Positions 48,098-57,870 of a DNA stretch of 64,000 bases are shown here, in pieces; position 1 is the first letter of the stretch; every line of letters begins with the position of its first letter. Under the pieces are notes generated by a model. It did no database searches, was not told the origin of the DNA, and saw only the letters and a list, made by a program, of their open reading frames with translations. Made by a program: the position numbers and the translations under genes. This DNA is from Candidatus Eiseniibacteriota bacterium (GTDB lineage: Bacteria; Eisenbacteria; RBG-16-71-46; JABDJR01): contig CAWANH010000028.1 of assembly GCA_963783375.1 (NCBI GenBank), forward strand, positions 1,120,001 through 1,184,000, written 5' to 3'.

Positions 48098-49132
48098 TTA
48101 TCTCCCCCGCCCCATCACCGCGAACCCGATCATCTTGTACAACAACCGCGCGGCCACGTTGGCGTCCCATTCGCCGGCGCCCGACGGCCCCGGCGCGACC
48201 TCGGACAGATCGAACCCCACGATCCGCCGGTCGCTCTCCGCCACCAGCCGCACCAGGGCCACCGTTTCCGGGAACGAGAGCCCCCCGGGAACCGGCGTCC
48301 CGGTGTGGGGGCAGAGGGTGGGATCCAGCCCGTCCACGTCGAAGGAGAGATAGACCTCCTCGGGGAGCCGGTTCACGATCTCGCGGGCGATCCGCATCCA
48401 CGGCTCGCCCCCCAGCTGGCGGAGCTTCAGGTCCGGGTCGAAGTAGGTCCGGATCCGGTCGGGGCTGGTGCGGATCAGGTGCTCCTCCTGGTTCGCGTAG
48501 TCCCGGATCCCCACCTGGACCACCCGGGCCACCCCCGGCACCCGCGTGACCACGTTGTACATGATCGAGGCGTGGGACCAGATGAACCCCTCGTAGGCGT
48601 GGCGAAGGTCGGCGTGGGCGTCGAGGTGGAGGATTCCCATCCCCGGGTGCCGCTCGGCCACCGCGCGGATGAGCCCGAAGGGGCTCGAGTGGTCGCCGCC
48701 CACCACCCCCACCAGCTTTCCGCGATCCAGCCAGTTCGAGGCGGTCTCCTGGACCCAATCGTTCATCTCGTCGCACCGCGCGTCCACCGCTTCCGCGTCG
48801 GCGGCCCGGTCGGGATCGTGCTCCACCCCGCCGGCCTCGATCACCCGTTCGGCCACCCGTCGGGCGGCGTCGCTCTTGGCGCGGAGCTCTCCCGGCGCCG
48901 CCAGCATGGCGATCCCCCGCTCGTAGGGGCGGCCGGTTTCCCGGTCCAGGAGATCGATCTGCGCACTCGCCGCGAGGATCGCCGAGGGCCCGTCCGCGGT
49001 CCCGGCCCCGTAGGAGACGGTGGCCTCCCAGGGGACCGGCACCAGCACCACCTCCGCCTCTTCGGGGGAATGGGGGAGGCCGAAGATGCCGGTTCCCACC
49101 GCGGCGCCGTCGGGGTCGAAGGGCGGGGCCAT
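48098..49132 (-). CDS. speB: Agmatinase/ureohydrolase family protein
   Basis: GGDHS, DAHAD, SHAS, SFDVDGLDP, TGTPVPGG. Confidence 0.88.
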   Translation of the reverse strand: MAPPFDPDGAAVGTGIFGLPHSPEEAEVVLVPVPWEATVSYGAGTADGPSAILAASAQIDLLDRETGRPYERGIAMLAAPGELRAKSDAARRVAERVIEAGGVEHDPDRAADAEAVDARCDEMNDWVQETASNWLDRGKLVGVVGGDHSSPFGLIRAVAERHPGMGILHLDAHADLRHAYEGFIWSHASIMYNVVTRVPGVARVVQVGIRDYANQEEHLIRTSPDRIRTYFDPDLKLRQLGGEPWMRIAREIVNRLPEEVYLSFDVDGLDPTLCPHTGTPVPGGLSFPETVALVRLVAESDRRIVGFDLSEVAPGPSGAGEWDANVAARLLYKMIGFAVMGRGR

Positions 49133-49140
49133 GTCCGGGG

Positions 49141-49845
49141 CTACCGGCGCGATCCGAGGAAGAGCCGGAGCACGTACCAGAACATGAGCGCCACCGAGGC
49201 GAAGAGCTGGAGCGCGGCGGCCACGTGCCGGTCCTCGGGGTAGGTGCGGATGATGTTGGACGTGTCCCGGAGGATCGCCGCTCCGGCCAGGCCCACCATG
49301 CCCACCGAGAACCAGGTGCCCAGGTTGAACCCGAACAGCACCGCGGCCACGATGGCCACCAGGGCCAGGATCATCCCCCACTTGAGGAGCCCGCCCAGGA
49401 ACGAGAAATCCTTCCGGGTCCAGAGCGCCACCCCGGTGAGGCCGGTGAAGCCGAGGAGGGTGACGGTGGCCGCGCTCCGGATGGTGCCCGGGGCGTAGGC
49501 GTTGGCCACGTAGAGGAGGGGGATGAAGATGATCGACTCCGCGGCCACGAAGCCGGCCAGGGCCAGGTACTGGGTGGAAGCCGAACTCGAGGTCTGGGCG
49601 GCCCGGCTGGCCAGCCAGCTCACCACCATGAACCCGCCCAGGACCAGGAGCCAGCTCGTCCCGAGGAGGGCTTTGGCGACCGATTCCGCCACGCCGGTCT
49701 TGAAATAGAGCACTTCGAGCAGGGTGAAGAAGATCATCGCGCCGAACAGGTGGTTGTAGGTGCGGGCGATGAAGGCCGAGCGGGCTTCGGCCCGGGCCAT
49801 CGGGGAGCGGAGAACGTGTTCGCCGGGGCGGAAATCGGAGCTCAT
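49141..49845 (-). CDS. Bax inhibitor-1/YccA family membrane protein
   Basis: R..FI..TY.HL, KDFSFLG, AAL.LF; 7 TM. Confidence 0.9.
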   Translation of the reverse strand: MSSDFRPGEHVLRSPMARAEARSAFIARTYNHLFGAMIFFTLLEVLYFKTGVAESVAKALLGTSWLLVLGGFMVVSWLASRAAQTSSSASTQYLALAGFVAAESIIFIPLLYVANAYAPGTIRSAATVTLLGFTGLTGVALWTRKDFSFLGGLLKWGMILALVAIVAAVLFGFNLGTWFSVGMVGLAGAAILRDTSNIIRTYPEDRHVAAALQLFASVALMFWYVLRLFLGSRR

Positions 49846-50152
49846 GAGGAGACCCCTCCCATCGGGTCGGGAAACCGGACAAGGCGCGTCCGAGGAGTAT
49901 ACCCCGGTCGCGTCGCGGTGCCGATCCCCGGCCGGGGCGCGCCCCGGAACCGGCAAACCGGCCTCAAATGGTCGTATACGGCGTTTGGGGTCCCGGAATT
50001 CCCCTGGATGAGGTTTATCCAAAGCATGAAGGGACAAACGCCCGGATTCTGCGCGATCATAGACGGCGCTGTCCCGCGATCGATTCGGGGGAACCGGCGG
50101 CGCGGCGCACAGGATCCGGCGAGACCGCGCGGGTGGATGAGGAGGCAGAAAC

Positions 50153-51286
50153 ATGATCATCGGCGTACCGAAGGAAACCCATCGCCACGAGCACCGCGTG
50201 GGGTTGACCCCGTTTGCCGTGGCGCGACTCACCGAGGGCGGGCACTCCATCTTCGTGGAGAAGGAGGCGGGCCTGGCCGCCCACTTCTCGGATCGCGACT
50301 TCGCCAACGCGGGGGCCAAGATCGTCTATAGCGCCGAGGAGGCGTATCAGCGCGCGGACCTGGTCTGCCGGGTCGGTCTCCTCACCGCCGACGAGCTTCC
50401 CCTCATCAAGTCGGGATCGGTCATCGCCGCCTTCCATCATCTGGCGGTGGCCCCGAAAGCCCTGGTCGATCAACTGATGGCCCTCAAGGCGACCCTGATC
50501 GGCTACGAGATCATCCGGGATCGGAACGGCGATCTCCCGGTGCTATTCCCCTTCAGCGAGATGGCCGGACAGATGGCGGTGCACATCGCCGCCCACTACC
50601 TCCAGAACGGCGCCGGGGGCCGGGGCATCCTGCTCGGCAACGTGCCCGGAGTGCCGCCGCCCACCGTCCTCATCCTGGGCGCGGGCACGGTGGGCCAGAT
50701 CTCGGCCCGGCAGGCGCTGGCCCTCGGGGCACACGTCATCATGCTGGATACCGACATCTCGAAGCTCAGCGTGGTGAACCGGGCCTTCAACGGCCGGGTG
50801 GTGACCGTGGTGGGGGGGTTGGACCGCCTGGAGAAGTACACCTCTATCGCCGACGTTCTCATCGGGGCCATTCTCATTCCCGGCGGCCGGCCGCCGCTCC
50901 TGGTCACCGAGAGCATGGTAAAGGCCATGAAACCGGGAAGCGTGATCATCGACGTGTCCATCGACCAGGGCGGGTGCGTGGAGACGAGCCGCCCCACCGG
51001 TCTGGAATCGCCGACCTTCACCGCCCACGGGGTCGTCCACTACTGCGTCCCCAACATGACGGCCAACATCGCCCGCACCGCGTCGCGGGCCCTGGCCAGC
51101 GCCGCCCTGCCGTATCTCATCGAGCTGACCGGACGTGGAATGAACCAGGCGCTCAGGGCCGATCCCGGCCTGGCCGAGGGCGTTTATCTATATCGGGGGA
51201 AGATGGTGCAGGAGGTGGTGGGGGCGACCCTCGGAATTTCCACGGCGTCGCTCCCGGTCCTCCTGGATCGGGGGGAAGGGGAATGA
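50153..51286 (+). CDS. ald: Alanine dehydrogenase family protein (divergent active site)
   Basis: IGVPKE...E.RV, SEMAG, GAGTVG, DVSIDQGGCVETS, YCVPNM. Confidence 0.8.
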   Translation: MIIGVPKETHRHEHRVGLTPFAVARLTEGGHSIFVEKEAGLAAHFSDRDFANAGAKIVYSAEEAYQRADLVCRVGLLTADELPLIKSGSVIAAFHHLAVAPKALVDQLMALKATLIGYEIIRDRNGDLPVLFPFSEMAGQMAVHIAAHYLQNGAGGRGILLGNVPGVPPPTVLILGAGTVGQISARQALALGAHVIMLDTDISKLSVVNRAFNGRVVTVVGGLDRLEKYTSIADVLIGAILIPGGRPPLLVTESMVKAMKPGSVIIDVSIDQGGCVETSRPTGLESPTFTAHGVVHYCVPNMTANIARTASRALASAALPYLIELTGRGMNQALRADPGLAEGVYLYRGKMVQEVVGATLGISTASLPVLLDRGEGE

Positions 51287-52581
51287 GCTGGGTCGACGAC
51301 TACAAGTCCAAGCTTCAGTCCGCGGCCGAGGCGGTGGTCCGGATCAAGAGCGAAGATCGCGTCTACTACGGAGGGAACGCCGCCATACCCCAGACCCTGG
51401 TGAGGGCGCTGGCCGAACGCGGCTCCGAGCTGGAAAACGTCCAGCTCAATCACGTTCTTCTCCTGGGCAAGGACCCTCTCTCGACCCCGGAAATGGCCGG
51501 CCACTTCCGGCACAACTCGCTCTTCGTGGGACCGGCGGACCGGGAGGCGGTGAACGACGGGCGCGCCGATTACATGCCTATCTTCCTCCACCAGATTCCC
51601 CGGGTGTTCAAGGAGGGAATCGTCCCCCTGGACGTGGCCATGATCCAGGTCTCTCCCCCGGACGAGCACGGCTTCATGAGCCTTGGGGTGGAGACCCTGG
51701 CCTCGAAGGCGGCCTGCCAGGCGGCCAAGCTGGTGATCGCCCAGGTGAACGAGAAGATGCCCCGGCTCCTCGGTGACTGTTTCCTCCACGTGCGGAACGT
51801 GGACGTCATCGTCGAGGCCACCGAGCCGCTTCCCACCCTGATGCCCAAGCCGGCCACCGACATCGAGATGGCCATCGGCCGGAACATCCTGGACCTGATC
51901 GAGCCCGGGGCTACCCTCCAGATGGGGATCGGCGGGATTCCCGACGCGGTGTACGCGGCCATGGAGGGGCAACTGGACCTCGGCATCCACACCGAGATGA
52001 TCTCGGACGGGGCCATGCGGGCGATCGAACGCGGGGTGGTGACCGGGAGCCGGAAGACGCTCCATCCCGGGAAGGTGGTCATCACCTTCGCCCTGGGGAG
52101 CGAGGAACTCTACGAGTACCTGGACAACAACCCGCTCATCGAGGCCCACCCGGTGGACCACGTGAACGACCCGTTCATCGCCAGCCAGAACGACAACCTG
52201 GTGGCGGTGAACTCGGCCATCGAGATCGATCTCACCGGCCAGGTCTGCTCGGACTCCATCGGCTCCTACATCTACTCGGGGTTCGGCGGCCAGGTGGATT
52301 TCATCCGCGGCGCCGCCCGGTCCCGGGGCGGGAAGCCGATCATCGCCATGTCCGCCACCGCCAAGGGCGGTAGCATGACCCGCATCGTTCCCTACCTCAA
52401 GCAGGGGGCGGGGGTGGTGACGAGCCGGGCCGACGTCCACTACGTGGTGACCGAATTCGGGGTGGCGCACATCTTCGGCAAGAACCTGCGCGAGCGGGCC
52501 GAGGCGTTGATCGGGATCGCCCATCCCGATTTCCGCGGCGAGCTGGAGCGGGCGGCCAAGGAGCGGAAGCTGTTGCCTTGA
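51283..52581 (+). CDS. Acetyl-CoA hydrolase/4-hydroxybutyrate CoA-transferase family
   Basis: ATGA overlap with ald; LQMGIGGIP, HTEM, SGFGGQVDF, VVTEFG. Confidence 0.92.
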   Translation: MSWVDDYKSKLQSAAEAVVRIKSEDRVYYGGNAAIPQTLVRALAERGSELENVQLNHVLLLGKDPLSTPEMAGHFRHNSLFVGPADREAVNDGRADYMPIFLHQIPRVFKEGIVPLDVAMIQVSPPDEHGFMSLGVETLASKAACQAAKLVIAQVNEKMPRLLGDCFLHVRNVDVIVEATEPLPTLMPKPATDIEMAIGRNILDLIEPGATLQMGIGGIPDAVYAAMEGQLDLGIHTEMISDGAMRAIERGVVTGSRKTLHPGKVVITFALGSEELYEYLDNNPLIEAHPVDHVNDPFIASQNDNLVAVNSAIEIDLTGQVCSDSIGSYIYSGFGGQVDFIRGAARSRGGKPIIAMSATAKGGSMTRIVPYLKQGAGVVTSRADVHYVVTEFGVAHIFGKNLRERAEALIGIAHPDFRGELERAAKERKLLP

Positions 52582-52606
52582 GGGTCGGGGGTGGCGCGCC
52601 TCGGGT

Positions 52607-53212
52607 TCAGCGAGCCCCGGCGGTGTCGGCGGGCGCGTCCTTCCACTCCCGCACCAGCTCGAGCCATTTCGCCGCGTTCTCCCTGGAGTAGGAGAACTTC
52701 CCGCCGGGGAGCAGGGTTCGGATCTCCTCGGCGTGGCGGGGCATCCCCCAGGTCAGGAACGCCCCGAAGGCCTCCCGGATCCGCTTCTGGCTCGCCGAGT
52801 CCGGGGGGGTGGGGAGGAGCCGGGTGATGAGCCCGTTCTCGACCACGAAGCGGACCCCCGGCTCATAGTGGATCTCGCCGATTCCCAGGAGCCGGAAGAG
52901 GTCGCTCGACTCGGTGGTGCTCTCCACCGCCACCGTGTCGCCGCGGACGGTGAAGCCCGACGAGGTGAGCCGGCCGTTCAGGGTCGCATCCCACTCCTCG
53001 AGGTTCCGGATGTGGTCGCGCCCCCGAAAGACCATCTGCCCGGGGACGTTGAAGAAGGCGTCCTCGGAAAGGAAGGCGAGGGCGCCGTCCACGTCCTGAC
53101 GGTTGTGGGCGTCCAGGTAGCCCCGGACCCGATCGACCCGTGATTCGGAGGAGCCGCATCCCGCCGCGAGGAACGCGGCGAGGAACAGGGCTCCCCAGGT
53201 AAGGCGTCGCAT
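52607..53212 (-). CDS. SnoaL/NTF2-like lipoprotein
   Basis: Lipobox AAGC; V..YLDA.N..D....LA...ED......G...GR..IR. Confidence 0.7.
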   Translation of the reverse strand: MRRLTWGALFLAAFLAAGCGSSESRVDRVRGYLDAHNRQDVDGALAFLSEDAFFNVPGQMVFRGRDHIRNLEEWDATLNGRLTSSGFTVRGDTVAVESTTESSDLFRLLGIGEIHYEPGVRFVVENGLITRLLPTPPDSASQKRIREAFGAFLTWGMPRHAEEIRTLLPGGKFSYSRENAAKWLELVREWKDAPADTAGAR

Positions 53213-53237
53213 CTCCGATCACCCCATGGCCGGGGAA

Positions 53238-53432
53238 TCAGGCGGAGAAGTCACGGTCCATCACCGTCTTCCGTCCGTCGGACCGGGCCCGCTCGACGGC
53301 CTGGTCGCAGAGGGTGCGGAGGATGTCGGAGACCGCGGGAGCCACGTTTCCGGACGTGTTCATTCCGGAGCGCTCCTTGATGTAGTTCTTGAGCTTGGAC
53401 ACCACCACCAGGACCTCTTGAGAGTCGCTCAT
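53238..53432 (-). CDS. Bacterial histone-fold protein (Bd0055/HBb-like singlet)
   Basis: 64 aa, GGAGG RBS; EVLVVVSKLKNYIKE..GMNTS ... AVERARSDGRKTVMDRDF with the histone L2 RxTxxxxD motif. Confidence 0.9.
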   Translation of the reverse strand: MSDSQEVLVVVSKLKNYIKERSGMNTSGNVAPAVSDILRTLCDQAVERARSDGRKTVMDRDFSA

Positions 53433-53584
53433 TTCATCCTCCAGATTGAAAGTTTCGATCCGCCCGGATTATTCCCGCTATTCCCGCGGCACGAACAACC
53501 CGGGCCGAACGGCCCGCGAGCCGACGAATCCAGCCCGCATCCTCCCAGATTTCCCCCGATCCTGCAAATCCCCCACGCGGAGCT

Positions 53585-54949
53585 TCAAAGGGCGCAGGTG
53601 CGGAATCCGGCCAGCACGTCCCGGCGTTCGGGGAGATAGAAGTTCCGCCACGTGTTCCGGATGAGCCGGGCCCGGGTGGTCCAGGCCCCTCCCCGAAGCA
53701 CGCGGTGCCGTCCGTCCATCCAGGGCTTTGAGTAGTCCTCGTAGGGGTCGGCCACGAAGCCGGGGTAGCGCTCGAAGGGGGTCGCGGTCCACTCCCATAC
53801 GTTTCCGATCATCTGCCCGAGGCCGTCCCGCCCGTCGCCGCCGGGGAGCGCGCCTGCCTCCACCGGGCCCAGCCGATAGCCGTCCAGGTTGGCCCGGCCC
53901 GGGTCTGGAACGTCGTTGCCCCAGGGGTAGCGCGGCTTGGCGGTTTCCCCCGGGCCGGCGAGCGTGCCGTCCGAGGCCGCAAACTCCCACTCGGCCTCGG
54001 TGGGAAGACGGCGCCCGGCCCAGCGGCACCACGCCTCCGCCTCGTGGGCGTTCACGTGGATGACCGGAAGGTGAGGGTTCCGGGGGGTCCACCGGTCGAA
54101 CTCCCGCCGCTCCCAGTTTCCGTGGTCGGCGCGGCGCCAGTAGGCGGGATGCCCCGCCTCGGCTTCGCTCCGCCAGGCCCAGCCTTCCGGCGACCACAGC
54201 TTGGGCCGCCGGTAGCCGCCGTCATCGACGAAGGCCGCGAACTCGGCCTCGGTCACCGGACTCCGGGCCATGGAGAATCCCCGGACCTCCACGGGGTGGC
54301 GCCATTTCTCGTTGTCGAAAACGAAGGGCTCGAGCCCGGGGACCGCGCCGAGGGAAAACGTCCCCCCCTCGAAGCGGACGTCCCCCATCCGGGGGCCCGC
54401 CCCGGCTGCGGTGTCCCGGCGGGCGGGTCCGGCCGGGGGTCGGTCCGTCGCGCGGCCGGCGGGGACGCAGGGCTCCGCCGGGAACGCCGGCGTGGGATAG
54501 CCCAGGGTCTGGCGGGTATAGGTGAACGCCTCGTCGTGCATATCCTCGTGGAAAGTGGCCAGCCGGCAGAAATAGGCGACGTCCTCGGTCGGCGGACCGT
54601 CCCCCAGAACCCCCAGCACCCGGTCCAGGACCGCGTCCATGTAGGCCAGGGTCTCGCGGCGGGACGGTAGGGGAAGATCCCAGCGGACGTCGTGCGGCAC
54701 CTTCATGGAGTCGTAGAGCCGGTCCGCGTCTCCGCGGATGGAATCCTCGCCCCGCAGGCGGCGGAGCATCCAGAATTCGGCGAACCAGGCCACGTGCCCG
54801 ATCTCCCAGAGCATCGGGTTCACGATGGAGAGCCGGGGGCCCATGAGCCGGTCGTCGTCCAGGTCGGCGACCAGGGCCAGGGTCCGGGCCCGGGCGTCCA
54901 GAAGATCGCGGCGGAGATCGGCGGCGGTGAGGGTCTGGTCCCGGGGCAT
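53585..54949 (-). CDS. senA: Selenoneine synthase SenA-like (DinB_2 + FGE-sulfatase domains)
   Basis: [47 protein letters not shown]; adjacent to senB. Confidence 0.85.
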   Translation of the reverse strand: MPRDQTLTAADLRRDLLDARARTLALVADLDDDRLMGPRLSIVNPMLWEIGHVAWFAEFWMLRRLRGEDSIRGDADRLYDSMKVPHDVRWDLPLPSRRETLAYMDAVLDRVLGVLGDGPPTEDVAYFCRLATFHEDMHDEAFTYTRQTLGYPTPAFPAEPCVPAGRATDRPPAGPARRDTAAGAGPRMGDVRFEGGTFSLGAVPGLEPFVFDNEKWRHPVEVRGFSMARSPVTEAEFAAFVDDGGYRRPKLWSPEGWAWRSEAEAGHPAYWRRADHGNWERREFDRWTPRNPHLPVIHVNAHEAEAWCRWAGRRLPTEAEWEFAASDGTLAGPGETAKPRYPWGNDVPDPGRANLDGYRLGPVEAGALPGGDGRDGLGQMIGNVWEWTATPFERYPGFVADPYEDYSKPWMDGRHRVLRGGAWTTRARLIRNTWRNFYLPERRDVLAGFRTCAL

Positions 54950-55007
54950 GACGTCCTCCCATCCGGGCCTACGCGGAAACGGCCCAACTCCAGTATTCTA
55001 TTCGGTC

Positions 55008-56000
55008 ATGACCCGGATCGTCATGGTCTGCCCCGAATCGCGGAGCGAGAACACCGGAAACGCGGTGACCGCCAAGCGCTGGACCCGGCTTCTTCGGAGT
55101 CTCGGGTACCGGGTGCTGGTGACCGGGGAGTATGCCGGAGAGCCTTGCCGCCTGCTCCTCGCCCTCCACGCGGGGAAGAGCGCGGCCTCGGTCCGCCGCT
55201 TCCACCGGCTTCATCCCGAGCTCCCGATCGTGGTGGCGCTGACCGGCACCGACGTCTACCGCGACATCCGGCGCGGCGCGGGGGCGCGGCGGTCCCTGGA
55301 ACTGGCCGACCGCCTGGTGCTCCTCCAGCCCCAGGCCCTGGAGGAACTCCCGGGGGCCATGTGGTCCAAGACGGCGGTCATCCGCCAGTCGGTGCGGATG
55401 CCCTGGATAAGGCGGGCCGAGCATCCCCGGACCTTCGACGTCGCGGTGCTGGCCCACCTCCGGGGGGTGAAGGACCCGCTCCGGGCGGCGGCGGCGGCCC
55501 GGCTCCTGCCGCCGGAATCCCGGATCCGGATCGTCCACGCGGGAATGGCCATGGATCCGGCCTGGTCGAAGCGGGCCCGGGATGAAACCCGGAGGAACCC
55601 CCGCTACGTATGGAGGGGAGAGCTTCCCCGCTGGCGGGCCAAGCGGTTGTTGGCGGGAAGCCGGCTCATGGTCCTGAGCTCGCGGCTGGAGGGCGGCGCC
55701 AACGTGATCTCCGAGGCCTCCGTGGCCGGGATTCCGGTCCTGGCCACGCGCATCCCGGGGACGGTGGGGCTTCTGGGGGCGGGGTATCCGGGTTATTTCG
55801 AGGTGGGGGACACGCGGGGACTCGCCCGGCTCCTCGCCCGCGCCGAGACCGACGATGGGTTTCTGGGATGCCTCGAGGACGAGATCCGGTCCCTGGCCCA
55901 TCTCTTTCTCCCCTCGCACGAACGCGGAGGTTGGAAACGGCTGCTCGATGATCTTCTCGAGACGTCGCCCCGGCCGGGACCGGAGGAGGACAGCTCGTGA
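55008..56000 (+). CDS. senB: Selenosugar synthase SenB-like glycosyltransferase
   Basis: GN.VTA.RW, ALHA.KS, LTGTD.Y, HLR.VKDP, EGGANVISEA, LG..Y.GYF. Confidence 0.87.
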   Translation: MTRIVMVCPESRSENTGNAVTAKRWTRLLRSLGYRVLVTGEYAGEPCRLLLALHAGKSAASVRRFHRLHPELPIVVALTGTDVYRDIRRGAGARRSLELADRLVLLQPQALEELPGAMWSKTAVIRQSVRMPWIRRAEHPRTFDVAVLAHLRGVKDPLRAAAAARLLPPESRIRIVHAGMAMDPAWSKRARDETRRNPRYVWRGELPRWRAKRLLAGSRLMVLSSRLEGGANVISEASVAGIPVLATRIPGTVGLLGAGYPGYFEVGDTRGLARLLARAETDDGFLGCLEDEIRSLAHLFLPSHERGGWKRLLDDLLETSPRPGPEEDSS

Positions 56001-56926
56001 AACAAGGAAAACGGCTCTGCTTCCCGGCCGCGATCGCGGTCCTCTGGTGGGGGCTTTCCGGGCCGGTCCCGGCCGACGCGGCGCCGGGCGCGGTTTCGAT
56101 CGGGACGGCGGACAGCCTCTTCACCGCCCGGGACTGGAAGGGGGCCGCCGAAGCCTACGACGCGGTTCTGGCCGACGAGCCCGGTCTGGGCATGGCCTGG
56201 TTCCGCCTGGCCGGGGCCCGCTATCAGCTCGGCGAGTACGCGGACGCGGCGGCGGCCTACGCGCGCGCGGACAGCCTGGGGGTCTTCCCCACCGTCACCC
56301 GGTACAACCTGGCCTGTAGTCTCGCCCTGGCCGGAGAGGTGGAACCGGCGTTCACGGCCCTGGGCCGGGCGGTGGACCTGGGGTTCACCACCCCCGAGGC
56401 GATGAAGGCGGACACCGACCTCGCCGCTCTCCACGACGACCCGCGCTGGACGAAGATGCTCGACCGCGCCGACCGGGCGGCCCGCCCCTGCGAGCACGAT
56501 CCGCGCTACCGGAGGTTCGATTTCTGGATCGGGGAGTGGGACGTGTTTGCCCGGGGCCGGCCCGCGGGGACGAGCCGGATCGATCCGCTCCTCGACGGAT
56601 GCGCCCTGCTGGAGAACTGGAGCGGTCGCCAGGGGCTGAACGGGAAGAGCCTGAACTACCTGGATCCCGGGACGGGGAAGTGGAAGCAGACCTGGGTGAA
56701 CGACAACGGGGGGATCCTGGAGTACGTCGAGACCGACGAAGCGCCGGCCGACGCCTCGATCCGGTTCCTGACCCACGTGCCCAAGCCGGAGGGGGGCGAA
56801 ACGCTCCGGCGGATGACCTTCACCGCCGTGGCCCCCGATACCGTGCGCCAGGTCATGGAGGACTCCGGGGACGGCGGCGCCACCTGGGCGCCGTCCTTCG
56901 ACGGACTGTACGTGAGGAGGAAGTAG
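55997..56926 (+). CDS. Secreted TPR protein with C-terminal DUF1579-like beta domain
   Basis: GTGA overlap; TPR YNLAC..AL.G; FDFWIGEW.V, G.S.NY.D...KW.QTWV. Confidence 0.75.
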   Translation: MKQGKRLCFPAAIAVLWWGLSGPVPADAAPGAVSIGTADSLFTARDWKGAAEAYDAVLADEPGLGMAWFRLAGARYQLGEYADAAAAYARADSLGVFPTVTRYNLACSLALAGEVEPAFTALGRAVDLGFTTPEAMKADTDLAALHDDPRWTKMLDRADRAARPCEHDPRYRRFDFWIGEWDVFARGRPAGTSRIDPLLDGCALLENWSGRQGLNGKSLNYLDPGTGKWKQTWVNDNGGILEYVETDEAPADASIRFLTHVPKPEGGETLRRMTFTAVAPDTVRQVMEDSGDGGATWAPSFDGLYVRRK

Positions 56927-56927
56927 G

Positions 56928-57869
56928 GTGATTCGATCCGTCGCGGTCTGCGCGTGCCTCTGGCTCCTGGCCGGACCGGGCCCGCTGACCGCCCCCGTGG
57001 CGGGGGCGCCTCCGGACACCACCAGGACCTCGAGCCCCCTGTGGATCCCGGCCCGGCCGCTTCCCGCGGATTCCGCGGTCGTGGACACCGGGGCCGTCCC
57101 CTACGTGATCCCGCGATTCCAGGTCACCCGCCCCACCCACTCCGAGGCCGACCTGATGACCCTCCGGGAGATCATCGACCGGTGCGTGGTGGGGGAGAAG
57201 ACCAAGCTCGCCGGCCACCACGACATGACCGCCACCGCGTCCGTCCGCACCTTGGCCCTCTGGAAGAAGAAGAAGGAGGTGGCCGACGCCGCCTACCTCA
57301 TGTACGAGGACGACAAGGGCTTCCGGAAATCGGTGCGCCTGGGGGATACCCGCCGGAAATACAAGCTCGAGGACGGCGCCTGGGTCCCCGACAAGAACGA
57401 GAAGGAGGACGACTCCCCGGTGGAGGTGGAGTTCTCGGACGATGGCGAAGGGCTCTCCCAGGTCCCCTTCTTTCTCCAGGATCAGGCCGACTACGAGTTC
57501 ACCCTGCTGGAGCGGAACCTGGAGGGGGATCACGTCATCTTCAAGATCGCCTTCGAGCCGCGCTCGCCGTTCAAGCCCCTTCCCTCGGGGACGGTCTACG
57601 TGGACACCGACGACTTCCGGATCGTCCACGAGGAGTTCACCTTCGACAAGCAGAACCCCATGCCCCTCCTCATCAAGGGGATTCGGCGGGTCTCCCGGGA
57701 GTGGCGGCGGATCCCCACCGGGGAGTGGGTGGTGTCCCGGGTGATGGCCGAGGTGGATCTCCACGGCTCCTGGACCGGGCTCATCCCCGAGCGGGTCACC
57801 CTTGTCCTCACCCTCGACGACTACCGGTTCGATCAGGGCTACGATCCGGCCCGGTTCGGGAGCCGCTGA
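56928..57869 (+). CDS. Secreted hypothetical protein (resembles N-terminal part of DUF5686 proteins)
   Basis: Signal peptide; P......DY.F.L.......IFKIAFEPR......GTVYVD..DF.I. Confidence 0.65.
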   Translation: MIRSVAVCACLWLLAGPGPLTAPVAGAPPDTTRTSSPLWIPARPLPADSAVVDTGAVPYVIPRFQVTRPTHSEADLMTLREIIDRCVVGEKTKLAGHHDMTATASVRTLALWKKKKEVADAAYLMYEDDKGFRKSVRLGDTRRKYKLEDGAWVPDKNEKEDDSPVEVEFSDDGEGLSQVPFFLQDQADYEFTLLERNLEGDHVIFKIAFEPRSPFKPLPSGTVYVDTDDFRIVHEEFTFDKQNPMPLLIKGIRRVSREWRRIPTGEWVVSRVMAEVDLHGSWTGLIPERVTLVLTLDDYRFDQGYDPARFGSR

Positions 57870-57870
57870 C

